DNA from: a virus
Lineage: Duplodnaviria; Caudoviricetes
Reading direction: 5' to 3' (one strand)
IMG/VR virus record: IMGVR_UViG_3300043443_000351
Coordinates: 107 to 64,106 of that record
DNA length: 64,000 nucleotides
Shown here: in pieces, positions 40,101 through 48,623 of the stretch
Numbering within the stretch: the first letter of the stretch is position 1
How the letters are laid out: every line of letters begins with the position of its first letter
Position numbers and translations under genes: made by a program
Notes under the pieces: generated by a model
Seen by the model: the letters and a program-made list of their open reading frames with translations, nothing else
Told to the model about the DNA's origin: nothing
Database searches by the model: none

Positions 40101-42419
40101 CCATCTACATCTACAATAGATGTTACGGGCATATCATCAACCGATAATACCGGCGTTGTTACTATTTCATATATTGATTCGGAGGGAACTTCGGGAACCT
40201 CTACAATTAAATTTGTAATATCAAAAGCAATAGCCGGCGCACAAGGAAACGATGGTACGGATGGTACAAACGGAACTGATGGAAACGATGGTGCACCTGG
40301 TGCAGACGGGCCTGGTGTTGTATTTAGAGGTCCGTGGAGCTCTTCTACAACTTATTACGATACGGGCGATTTTCCAACTCGTAGAGATGCGGTTTTATAT
40401 AATGGAACATATTACGCAACAAAAGTAAATGCAACTACAAACTTAAATAAACAACCGGATACTCAAACCGCATTTTGGGAATCTTTAGGAACTGATTCAT
40501 TTTTTGTAGCAGCAGAAATTGCCATATTTAGAGAATCATATGTTAAGCAAACTATAAATGTTGGTACAAATACATCGGGCAATGCAAATATTACTATTGC
40601 CGGTGGAACTACATCTCCATACATTTCAATTGGACAATCAACAAAAGGATATAACCAAACCGGTATATTTTTAGGAACTGATTCAACTGCACAAAAATTA
40701 TCATTAAAAGGTTCAAGTGGTTCATTGTTGTGGGATGGTGATACTCTTACAATCAATGGTAGTGGTACATTTAGTGGAGCATTGAGTGCGGCAACCGGAA
40801 CATTTAATGGTAGTGTTTCAATTGGTAGTGGTGATAGTATTTTTAAAGCAGATTCAAATGGAATCTATTTAGGTAATGCCACATTTGCTTCAGCGCCATT
40901 TAGAGTAACTCCTGCGGGTGTTTTAACCGCTACAAGTGGAACGATAGGTGGGTGGACATTGGGTAATACAACTTTGACAGGTGGTGCAGCAACATTAAAT
41001 AGCGGCGGCTCTATTTCGGTGGGTAGTGGTAATAATATTTTTAAAGCAGATTCGAATGGTATTTATGTTGGTAATGCGGCATTTGATGATGCTCCATTTA
41101 GAGTATCACAAGCGGGAGCAGTTATTGCTACAAATTTAACATTGACAGGTGGTAGTTTATCGCTAGGAAGTGGTGCAACATACGCAAACATAAATTCAAG
41201 TGGTAAATTAACTGCAGCTAATGTGGATGTGGCAGGTCGTATTACTGCTACCGAAGGATTTATTGGAGATTGGGTATTAACTGGCCCAAACTTATATGCA
41301 GCAGTAGGAACTAAAAAATTACAATTAGCAGCAGGAAGACCAGCTATGGAATTATATAATGGTTCTGCGATTGTAGTGGATATAAATACAAATACAACTC
41401 TTTCAGATAAATCGGCTGGAAGCGTTTCACCATCCCCATCATCAATTAGCTCATACAATACCCCCATAAATTATGAATTTTATGATAACAAATCTGGTCC
41501 AGTTTATTCATATACAAATAATACCGATTTATTAGGACCAAGCACATCTACATTCACAATAAGTTCAGGAAACGCTTTGATTGGTTCTACTTGTACAATT
41601 TCAGCAACAGTCTCTGGTACAGGTGGTACATTTGCTGCATCAGGCGATGATAGCCATATGAATAAAAATTTAATTTATATGGAATGGAATTTTTCATATG
41701 GATTTAAATTAGTAACACCATCGGGAACTGAATATGTAGTTCAGCCGGTCTCTTATGATGCTTTTCTAAATCAAGTAGGAACATATACGATGACTGAAAC
41801 CTATGGAACATTTACATTGAGTACATCTGTCGTATTAGAAGCAGGAACATATTATATAACGCCTGTATTAAACAATGTTTACGCAGCTGCAACATTACAA
41901 TCATCAAACTTACCAGGTCCCGCTGAATTTCAGTTGTATATGAGAACACCATTATTGGGTTCAATTAGTGCAGCAGTTCCGGTATCAAAAACCGAATTAT
42001 CAGCCGGCGGATTCCAAGTTGTTTACGATACTTCTAAATATTTGGAAGTAAAACGTGCTAATGAAACCGATTTCGTAAAAATTGGCGGTGGATTGACAGT
42101 TACCGGCGATGTTACTGCAAATACCTCATCCGATATTAGATTAAAAGATAATTTAATAAGAATTGAAAACCCTCTTGAAAAAATATCTTTAATAAATGGA
42201 TATACTTATGATTGGAAAGAAGGATATGAAGATATTCATACAAATAAAGGAAATGATATTGGAGTGATTGCACAGGAAATTGAAGTAGTACTACCACAAT
42301 TGGTAACTACGCGTGATAACGGATTCAAAGCAGTTAGATATGATAAAATCGTAGCACTTCTTATTGAAAGTATAAAAGAATTAAAAGAAGAAATAGAAGA
42401 ACTAAAAACGAATAAATAA
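37146..42419 (+). CDS. Long tail fibre-like protein with collagen-like segment and C-terminal Peptidase S74 chaperone
   Basis: Ser/Thr-rich beta-strand repeats, Gly-X-Y run, and SSDIRLKD...GVIAQEIE...YDKIVALLIESIKEL intramolecular chaperone. Confidence 0.85.
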   Translation: MAVTKKTLFAENLDRYNTFVQDTNPNSRYFNITELPDTFTGGKNAFLIAGSNELVADTLIKIEIKDAAGEIIYHEPGEGYLLTNINGESFPVEYYEGVSKVVAVYIYPDTTAYGPCTITILGELSNYYDDNGLLSPIPLEWQGTYNVKWQKKVNVNPTLANTTKVRFYRRPAVSISEIVSPIYRIDSNSGLKVNTGINQSFADIKLSQMDTFAGDIKRIKVFRTSLGDISDYDMIQDILVESKEELTSYDLSGSVVGNAGLFTSEVLQKLWTTSPGMYATLDSTKVDNGVMLVATNDSAKFTYTSSLNLSQNSVYEFGIDAVYASAVTASNLNIFISGSNNGEVLIGSLEGIVPTKNLKDSVIQFSLSKSEPTASLYLMGSGSSDRTWHIGNLSLKLSQDTAFSPDSVSFITSMPTVVGDEDFNFKFEFYDINNNYVPVAVTASANFTGGSNTITKLLTFESDRTAFRFSSGSVGNPPTQFVRFKTQRTNFTGSITYSSASFDVNGNYILPASYAGEYPGALSNVSDAGALLSIAKFSGSVSSVVVGSIVYTASCEGVEEYETIYRFEDGENAPGVFVTSNTNQFIYKATDLSLNPSGQTITIEAKRKNLASATTPLTVNSGSGKPPLTFVSTNATNGVDTYTIAGTAYPYGTGETTYFISGSDQFGNEFSDAIKITPVKILDGLSATLTNDNASLPALSNGFVASGSFYFTSGSVNVKVGNETITFDDDNDSARANNTFAITNLSGTGCTPNGGNNSNPSENAYSITNLTADSGSLDITINYKDGAGDTTDIVKIVTYTKNKKAAPVLAISSTNKVQSVSAKSTGVQIDAFSNVTISVNETYNGATTSKSLSSLTATSSDISSIVTDYTTGVVTLNGRTLADGTNSTTITITAVVTDSEGVSRTVTDTLSLSKVKKAPPAITFAITPSSQTVAADSAGTLTGTIVDPVLTAFEGSSALTYNQSTLTTSQYKITNVTGVTVASTTPSTSTIDVTGISSTDNTGVVTISYIDSEGTSGTSTIKFVISKAIAGAQGNDGTDGTNGTDGNDGAPGADGPGVVFRGPWSSSTTYYDTGDFPTRRDAVLYNGTYYATKVNATTNLNKQPDTQTAFWESLGTDSFFVAAEIAIFRESYVKQTINVGTNTSGNANITIAGGTTSPYISIGQSTKGYNQTGIFLGTDSTAQKLSLKGSSGSLLWDGDTLTINGSGTFSGALSAATGTFNGSVSIGSGDSIFKADSNGIYLGNATFASAPFRVTPAGVLTATSGTIGGWTLGNTTLTGGAATLNSGGSISVGSGNNIFKADSNGIYVGNAAFDDAPFRVSQAGAVIATNLTLTGGSLSLGSGATYANINSSGKLTAANVDVAGRITATEGFIGDWVLTGPNLYAAVGTKKLQLAAGRPAMELYNGSAIVVDINTNTTLSDKSAGSVSPSPSSISSYNTPINYEFYDNKSGPVYSYTNNTDLLGPSTSTFTISSGNALIGSTCTISATVSGTGGTFAASGDDSHMNKNLIYMEWNFSYGFKLVTPSGTEYVVQPVSYDAFLNQVGTYTMTETYGTFTLSTSVVLEAGTYYITPVLNNVYAAATLQSSNLPGPAEFQLYMRTPLLGSISAAVPVSKTELSAGGFQVVYDTSKYLEVKRANETDFVKIGGGLTVTGDVTANTSSDIRLKDNLIRIENPLEKISLINGYTYDWKEGYEDIHTNKGNDIGVIAQEIEVVLPQLVTTRDNGFKAVRYDKIVALLIESIKELKEEIEELKTNK
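40236..40316 (+). repeat. Collagen-like Gly-X-Y repeat
   Basis: GAQGNDGTDGTNGTDGNDGAPGADGPG. Confidence 0.9.
40809..41105 (+). repeat. Internal duplication of about 33 aa in the tail fibre
   Basis: GSVSIGSGDSIFKADSNGIYLGNATFASAPFRV (40809) versus GSISVGSGNNIFKADSNGIYVGNAAFDDAPFRV (41007). Confidence 0.9.
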
Positions 42420-43441
42420 TGCCATTACCATCTTCAGGTGCGATTACGATGTCGGCTATTAAAGCTGCGTTAAACACTTCTTCAAATTCGTTGAGGGAGT
42501 ATAACGTTATTGCTTTAGCCGCTACGGGTCTTAGTAAATTCAATACACCCGATGTAATGTCTGAATTTTATAATTATAGTGGCGCACCGACTCCGACAAC
42601 ACCAACGCCAACTCCCGTAGTTCCTACATATGTTCCATCTCCAACTCCAGATGTGCCTACTCCGAACTACACACCACCCACACCAACTCCTACGATACCG
42701 GAAACGGAAATATATATAACAATTGCTGCGGGTAGTGCACAGGAAGCGTGCGATGGTGGCGATTATGGAACTATATTAGTTACAATCTATGGAACTACAT
42801 TATGTGATGCTACAAAAATATTAGATTTACCATTTGCAGTAACAAATGATTTAGGTAACACCTCACCATTTTTCGCTTCACATACAGAAAATGGTTCAAG
42901 AGTTACTCGTAGATTTAGAAGAGATGGAGCCGGTACAATTAGTGCAAGCCCAACAGCCGCTTGCGTTGGATGTACGGTAACACCTACACCAACTGTTCCT
43001 ACACCAACTGTTCCTACGCCAACTGTTCCTACACCGGATGTAACTCCGGATTATGTGGCACCTACTCCAACTTACTATCCACCGAGTCCAACTCCCGATG
43101 TAACGCCGGATTATACTCCACCAACACCTGAATATGTAGCACCTACACCAACGCCGGTAGCTCCAACACCTACTCCAGCCGTAGCACCGGAATTAATATA
43201 TCTATCAGCCGCAGGTACTTCTGCTGATGCGTGTAGTGCGGCAAATGGATATGCTGGATATTATATTCCAAATGGAGAAAATTGGGCATTCGATGTATCT
43301 GCTATATACATGGATAGTAGTGGAACACCAGCTTATAGTGGGTGGTACACCGATGGAATTGCTAGTAAAGTTAGATTTTGGGATGGTTCATTTATAACAT
43401 CTGTTCAAGGTTGTTCAGGCGGCCCTATTGATGAAGTATAA
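42419..43441 (+). CDS. Pro/Thr-rich (extensin/mucin-like) putative virion protein
   Basis: MPLPSSGAITMS N-terminus typical of genes following S74 fibres; two PT-rich tracts (42587-42700, 42983-43189) alternate with two small Cys-containing domains. Confidence 0.75.
   Translation: MPLPSSGAITMSAIKAALNTSSNSLREYNVIALAATGLSKFNTPDVMSEFYNYSGAPTPTTPTPTPVVPTYVPSPTPDVPTPNYTPPTPTPTIPETEIYITIAAGSAQEACDGGDYGTILVTIYGTTLCDATKILDLPFAVTNDLGNTSPFFASHTENGSRVTRRFRRDGAGTISASPTAACVGCTVTPTPTVPTPTVPTPTVPTPDVTPDYVAPTPTYYPPSPTPDVTPDYTPPTPEYVAPTPTPVAPTPTPAVAPELIYLSAAGTSADACSAANGYAGYYIPNGENWAFDVSAIYMDSSGTPAYSGWYTDGIASKVRFWDGSFITSVQGCSGGPIDEV
42983..43036 (+). repeat. 15-nt tandem repeat encoding PTPTV x3
   Basis: cctacaccaactgtt x2, cctacgccaactgtt, cctacaccg. 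Confidence 0.9.
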
Positions 43442-43451
43442 TTAAAAATAT

Positions 43452-44909
43452 ATGAATAGATTAGTTACATTTGGAGATAGTTGGACTGCTGGACACGGAG
43501 TTGAAACCGATATACAATATAAAGAAATTATATCTCCAAATTTGTTTATCGATTATCTTAGATTGATGAATGGTTGGCCAAGATATTTATCAAATAGATA
43601 CGATGTACCATTTGTAAATTTAGCATTTTGTAATAAATCAAATAATGAAATTTACGAAGATATAGTTAAATGGAAATCTTTGCTAACAAAGGATGATTTA
43701 ATTATTGTTATGTTATCATATCCATATAGAAATTATGGTAACCCAATTAACGATGTTGGAAATATTATTAATGAATTAAATGGTTATAATTATTTTATTA
43801 TAAATTCCTTTTTTCCAACCTTTTCAAATTTAGAATATTCTGAATATTCTCATTTAAATCTTACACGGTTTATAAATATAGATGGATGTGTTAGTGATAC
43901 TTTAGTAAAATGGGAAGCCGAAAATAAACAAAGTTGTTGGGAATATGGATTTAGAAAAGTTGATAAAGAAAACACATTTTTAGGTGGAGATTATCATCCC
44001 AATACTATTGGCTACAAATTAATTGCCGATGATATTTACACTAAAATAAAAAATTATAATGCAAATAGAATAATAACTATACCAATTGCAGCACCTGTTG
44101 AATTATTTAGATTTCAAACTTCTTTATTTCAATTTTTTCAAATAAAACTTTATGGCGATAATGCTTTTAATAATTCAATAATTGTAGTAGTCGATAGAAA
44201 TAAACATAATACTACATTTGTGAGTATTCCTTGGAGTATTGATTTGAAATCAAAGCTATTACCAGGAATTCATAAAGAATTGGATATATCAAAAACTCAT
44301 TCTCATTATAATTCTATAAATGTATTTTATCCATTAAAATATATGATAGATAATATGTCCGATGATACAATTTTGTGTATAATAGATTGCGATGTAGTTC
44401 CATTAAAAATTTATGATGGAATATTACCAAATGATGATGAAGCAATTACTTGCGATGTATATGAAAACTGGCATATGCACATTAAAGACCCAACCAAAAA
44501 TAATTTTTATAAAATTGAGAAATATTTAGAACATACGGACTATTCATATATGGATGGTGGATTTGTGCCAATTATTATAAATGTAAAAACATTAAAAAAA
44601 ATACTGAAAGATATTATAGAAATTTCAGAAAAGCTTATAGATGGATTAGACCCAAATGATAAATTTGGATGGTGGGGCGCTATGGCTGGATTTCAAATTG
44701 CATGTCATAATCATAAAATAAAATGTATATCACAAAATAACACATATGTACCAAATATAAATGAATTAGATGAAGAACAACATTATTTTTGTCACTATTC
44801 GTGTGACCCATTATTTGCAAAAAAAGATTTTACAAATTGGGATGTATCTAAATTTAAATCAAATAAATTTTACAACAATGTTAAGACGTGGTTACGAACT
44901 TATCAATAA
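43452..44909 (+). CDS. Fusion: SGNH-like domain plus hydroxyproline O-arabinosyltransferase (HPAT/GT95)-like glycosyltransferase
   Basis: N-terminal half has FGDSWT...YHPNTIGY. C-terminal half has FQTSL, YNSIN, IIDCD (44385), VPIII, DKFGWWGAMAGFQIA (44664) and HYSCD (44793), in the order of plant HPAT motifs as recalled. Confidence 0.6.
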   Translation: MNRLVTFGDSWTAGHGVETDIQYKEIISPNLFIDYLRLMNGWPRYLSNRYDVPFVNLAFCNKSNNEIYEDIVKWKSLLTKDDLIIVMLSYPYRNYGNPINDVGNIINELNGYNYFIINSFFPTFSNLEYSEYSHLNLTRFINIDGCVSDTLVKWEAENKQSCWEYGFRKVDKENTFLGGDYHPNTIGYKLIADDIYTKIKNYNANRIITIPIAAPVELFRFQTSLFQFFQIKLYGDNAFNNSIIVVVDRNKHNTTFVSIPWSIDLKSKLLPGIHKELDISKTHSHYNSINVFYPLKYMIDNMSDDTILCIIDCDVVPLKIYDGILPNDDEAITCDVYENWHMHIKDPTKNNFYKIEKYLEHTDYSYMDGGFVPIIINVKTLKKILKDIIEISEKLIDGLDPNDKFGWWGAMAGFQIACHNHKIKCISQNNTYVPNINELDEEQHYFCHYSCDPLFAKKDFTNWDVSKFKSNKFYNNVKTWLRTYQ

Positions 44910-44920
44910 ATAAATGATAT

Positions 44921-44929
44921 ATATTTATA
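44921..44929 (+). promoter_or_regulatory. Putative late promoter motif ATATTTATA
   Basis: Intergenic, 16 nt before the P4H ATG at 44946. Confidence 0.6.
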
Positions 44930-44945
44930 CATATAATAAAATAAA

Positions 44946-45500
44946 ATGGTTACAATTATAGATAATGTATTGACACTAAATGAGTGTGAGCATTTAATAA
45001 AATTAGGTTCTAAAAACTTCGCACCAGCTGGAACATTGGGTAAGCAAATAGAGGGATATAGAACCGCAGATGGTAGTTGGTTAAGAGAACCCGATGAAAT
45101 CGTTGAAAAAGTAAAATCTATGGTTTCCATAATGACCGGAAACCCTATTGAAAACCAAGAAGAAGTTCATATTGTTAAATATGAAATAGGTGGAGAATTC
45201 AAAACTCATACCGATTACTTTCATCAAAATGAAGAATATTATTCGGAACATATTAAATTAGGTGGTCAGCGTATAATGACTTGCTTATTTTATCTGAATG
45301 ATAATTTTGAAGGAGGAGAAACCGAATTTCCATTAAAAAAATTAAAAATAACTCCACGAATTGGTAGATTACTATTATGGAGTAATGTTACGCCAGATGA
45401 TAATGTAGATTATGAAAGTTTACATGCGGGATTGCCTGTTATTAGTGGAACTAAATATATTGCAGTTGTGTGGATTAGAGAATCAAAATTTAAAAAATAA
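44946..45500 (+). CDS. Prolyl 4-hydroxylase (2OG-Fe(II), plant/algal/bacterial P4H-like)
   Basis: YRT, HTDYF (HxD), GGQRIMTCLFYL, GGETEFP and SLHAGLPVISGTKYIAVVWIRE motifs. Confidence 0.88.
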   Translation: MVTIIDNVLTLNECEHLIKLGSKNFAPAGTLGKQIEGYRTADGSWLREPDEIVEKVKSMVSIMTGNPIENQEEVHIVKYEIGGEFKTHTDYFHQNEEYYSEHIKLGGQRIMTCLFYLNDNFEGGETEFPLKKLKITPRIGRLLLWSNVTPDDNVDYESLHAGLPVISGTKYIAVVWIRESKFKK

Positions 45501-45505
45501 AATAT

Positions 45506-46027
45506 ATGCATTTTGATTTAGGAAAAATATTGAACGAATACGAATGTGAATACATAGTAAAAGAATTTTTTCATTTTAAAGATACCGGTAAAATAAATTT
45601 AGAAACCGATAATAAATTTTATAAAAATTCATATGGAGGAAATACTCCAATTACTTGGTATTTATTGGGTAGATTTTTACCATTAGTAGAAGACGTAGTA
45701 GGTGTAAAAGTAAAAACGGCAAACCCATATATCAGAATTTATACAAATGGTTCTACATTACCACCGCATAACGATAGACCTGAATTAGATTGGACTATAT
45801 CGGTTTGTATATTTTCAAATTTAGATAATGATTGGCCTTTATACGTTGAAGATACTACCAATGAGAATGGTAAAGTAGGATATCCCACAATACAAGGGTT
45901 CGCTGGATTAGTGGATGGTAAAATTACAAAACATTGGAGAGATGAACTTAAATGTAGTGATAAGCAATTTGCAATTCAACTATTTTTACATTATACCGAA
46001 TTAGATGATTGTGGGTGTGATAAATAA
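45506..46027 (+). CDS. 2OG-Fe(II) oxygenase (second type)
   Basis: RIYTNGSTLPPHNDRP, HWRDEL and QLFLHY motifs. Confidence 0.8.
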   Translation: MHFDLGKILNEYECEYIVKEFFHFKDTGKINLETDNKFYKNSYGGNTPITWYLLGRFLPLVEDVVGVKVKTANPYIRIYTNGSTLPPHNDRPELDWTISVCIFSNLDNDWPLYVEDTTNENGKVGYPTIQGFAGLVDGKITKHWRDELKCSDKQFAIQLFLHYTELDDCGCDK

Positions 46028-46032
46028 ATAAT

Positions 46033-47013
46033 ATGATAGTATTCATAACAACGGGTTACGGAAAAAATATAGTAGGGGGTTCTGATATATGGTGTAATAA
46101 CTTTATTGAGAATGTTTTACCATTGATTAAAGAAGATTACAAAATTGTAGTTGATGGTAGACCTTTATTACCAGAAAAAGATGCAATCTACACTTTTCAA
46201 AACGATGAAGAAATAGATAAGATATTAGATGAATGTGATAAGATAGTTTTTTTACACCATTCATATAAACCAAATCCTATAATCAAAAAGTATCTTCACA
46301 AAACTCATACGACATTTGTTCATGCATTTATTCCCGATATGTTAGGATTAAATGATGAATACGAAAATCTAATGACAAGATTAGATTGGCATTGGCAAAA
46401 AGATATTTTGGATAATTCTAAAAATATTGTATGGATAGGTTATGAAAAAGATACAATACACACATATTTTCCAAATACAATTACAATACCAAACTACTAT
46501 GAATGGAAGAATAATAGGCCATTTGAAGATGTAGCAAGTAATAAAATTGGATATGCGGCTAGATGTGAAACACGAAAGAATGCACATTATTTGGATGCAA
46601 TTCCTGCTTTTATATTCTCAAACAAATACGATTACAAAAGAATGTTAGAGGGTAGTAAGATAAATGATGATGTTCATACTTTTATAGAATTTGATTATCG
46701 GTTTCATCATAAATTCTTTGAAAAGAAATTTAAGATATTCCACGGATGCTATACAAAGGAGCCATTTGGATATGCAATATTTGATGCGATTGATAATGGT
46801 AAACTACCAATAATACATTCGGATTGGATGAGAGATATCAAATACCGATATAGAGCAATGAATAAAAAGCAATTTCATTATCAGTATTTAAGAATATTGG
46901 AAGATGGATTTGAAAAAAATAAAAAGCAATTCGATAGATTGAAAAAAGGATTGGAAAAATATACCGATAAAAATAAATGGGTTATTGAAATATGCAAAGT
47001 CTTATCAATTTAA
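46033..47013 (+). CDS. GT-B glycosyltransferase, GT4-like
   Basis: N-terminal GG motif (VGGSD) and EPFGYAIFDA...GKLPI. Confidence 0.7.
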   Translation: MIVFITTGYGKNIVGGSDIWCNNFIENVLPLIKEDYKIVVDGRPLLPEKDAIYTFQNDEEIDKILDECDKIVFLHHSYKPNPIIKKYLHKTHTTFVHAFIPDMLGLNDEYENLMTRLDWHWQKDILDNSKNIVWIGYEKDTIHTYFPNTITIPNYYEWKNNRPFEDVASNKIGYAARCETRKNAHYLDAIPAFIFSNKYDYKRMLEGSKINDDVHTFIEFDYRFHHKFFEKKFKIFHGCYTKEPFGYAIFDAIDNGKLPIIHSDWMRDIKYRYRAMNKKQFHYQYLRILEDGFEKNKKQFDRLKKGLEKYTDKNKWVIEICKVLSI

Positions 47014-47756
47014 ATTTAGTAAAAAATTTCATTACCAACAATCATACAAACGATGAAGAAGGTAATATAACATATCAGCCTGTAAAATATCGCTGGTCGC
47101 ATGGTGCAACCGATTTACATTTAGGCGATGGGTTACTGATATATTCTCTTATACAATTTATTAGAGCAAAAGTATGCGTTTGTATTGGAACGGGAGGTGG
47201 ATTCATTCCACGACTTATGACACAATCAAGACACGATTTATGGGAGCAAGGAATATTCGAAGGAAATCCATCAAATGAGTGGGGAGATATTGGAACTACA
47301 ATTGTAATTGATGCAGCAAATGGCGTTGGTGGATTTACCGATTGGACAAATGAAAATAGTTTTTTAAGAGAACATTTTGCACCACAAGTTATAATTGAAA
47401 CTTCTGAAAGAGCATATTATGATTATTTTGTAAGACAAGATATTAAGATAGATTATTTACATATTGATGGCGACCATTCATATGAAGGAGTTAAAAAAGA
47501 TTTTGAATTATATGCACAAATAATGTCAGAAAATGGAATTATAACAATCCACGACACAGACCAATCCTATCATAATACGTTTTTAGTTCCCGATACACAA
47601 AAAACTGATTTCGCAGAATTCGATGGACCTGCAAAATTTATTGAAGAATTAAAAAATAATCCTAAATATAATTTGGTAAATTTAAAAAATTTCCTTACCT
47701 TTACACATAAAACTACATCTACTGGTTTAGCAGTAGTTACTAAAAATAAAATATGA
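46992..47756 (+). CDS. Class I SAM methyltransferase (Methyltransf_24-like)
   Basis: CIGTGGG and IDYLHIDGDHSYEGVKKDF...GIITIHDT motifs. Confidence 0.85.
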   Translation: MQSLINLNLVKNFITNNHTNDEEGNITYQPVKYRWSHGATDLHLGDGLLIYSLIQFIRAKVCVCIGTGGGFIPRLMTQSRHDLWEQGIFEGNPSNEWGDIGTTIVIDAANGVGGFTDWTNENSFLREHFAPQVIIETSERAYYDYFVRQDIKIDYLHIDGDHSYEGVKKDFELYAQIMSENGIITIHDTDQSYHNTFLVPDTQKTDFAEFDGPAKFIEELKNNPKYNLVNLKNFLTFTHKTTSTGLAVVTKNKI

Positions 47757-48607
47757 TAAGATTAGTTACTGTAACAGGTGCAAGAACAACTACACTTCCA
47801 TACATGTTACAACACTATATTAACATAGTAGATGAAATCTATGTTGTAGCATACGATACTAAAAATAATCAATATGATAATGTAAAAAAAGTATGCGATT
47901 TATTTGGTAGTAAGATAAAATTATACAAACATTCGGATGAGCAAGAATACAATTGGGAAACAGTAACATCTATTTACAATGCTATAAAGGATTTACATCC
48001 TAACGATTGGTGGATAGTTTCCGATGATGATGAATTTCACTTATACTCAAAACCATTAACTGAAATTATAAATGATTGTGATGAAAATGGGTGGAATATA
48101 GTAAGAGGTGGGTTTGTGGATAGAATTGGTGAAGATGGTAAATTTAATGAAATAAAACCATTTGAATCAAACCAAAATTTATTCAGTCAATTTCCAATGG
48201 CTGGTTTTTTTAGATATCCAATGAGTAACGCTTGTCCAAATAAAATATGTGTGGTTAAGGGTAATGTAGAAATTACAAATGGACAACATTATGCAAAAAT
48301 TGGAACTAAAACATTATGGGGACCACAATTGGATAATGAAATAATAGCACCAATTGATGAATACAATGTTCAGGTTCATCATTTTAAATGGGATTCTACA
48401 TCAATAGATAGAATTAAAGCAGTTGCTGATATTAAAAAAGATTATGCATATTCGCATGAATATTTAAAGATGTATCAATCACTACGTTCAAATGGATTTC
48501 AATTGGATGTTGAAAATCCTTTATATAAATTCGAATTTTGTCCAACGGCAAATTATGAAAATTATAAAAATTGGAATGTTTTATTAAAAGAAATTATATC
48601 TATATAA
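47753..48607 (+). CDS. GT-A glycosyltransferase (GT2-like)
   Basis: LPYMLQHY, WWIVSDDDEF (DxD), K...G.H and VHHFKW motifs. Confidence 0.7.
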   Translation: MIRLVTVTGARTTTLPYMLQHYINIVDEIYVVAYDTKNNQYDNVKKVCDLFGSKIKLYKHSDEQEYNWETVTSIYNAIKDLHPNDWWIVSDDDEFHLYSKPLTEIINDCDENGWNIVRGGFVDRIGEDGKFNEIKPFESNQNLFSQFPMAGFFRYPMSNACPNKICVVKGNVEITNGQHYAKIGTKTLWGPQLDNEIIAPIDEYNVQVHHFKWDSTSIDRIKAVADIKKDYAYSHEYLKMYQSLRSNGFQLDVENPLYKFEFCPTANYENYKNWNVLLKEIISI

Positions 48608-48623
48608 AAGGTTATATTTGGTT

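Noticed and set aside
44057-44073. TAATG at the SGNH/HPAT junction as a relic gene boundary
   Set aside because: Neither the TAA nor the ATG is in frame with the domains, and the ATG frame closes after 4 codons.
48613-48620. TATATTTG just before the first GT7 gene
   Set aside because: Perfect -7 element but no TTTG at the 20 nt spacing seen in the other five; it may be real but is not supported enough.
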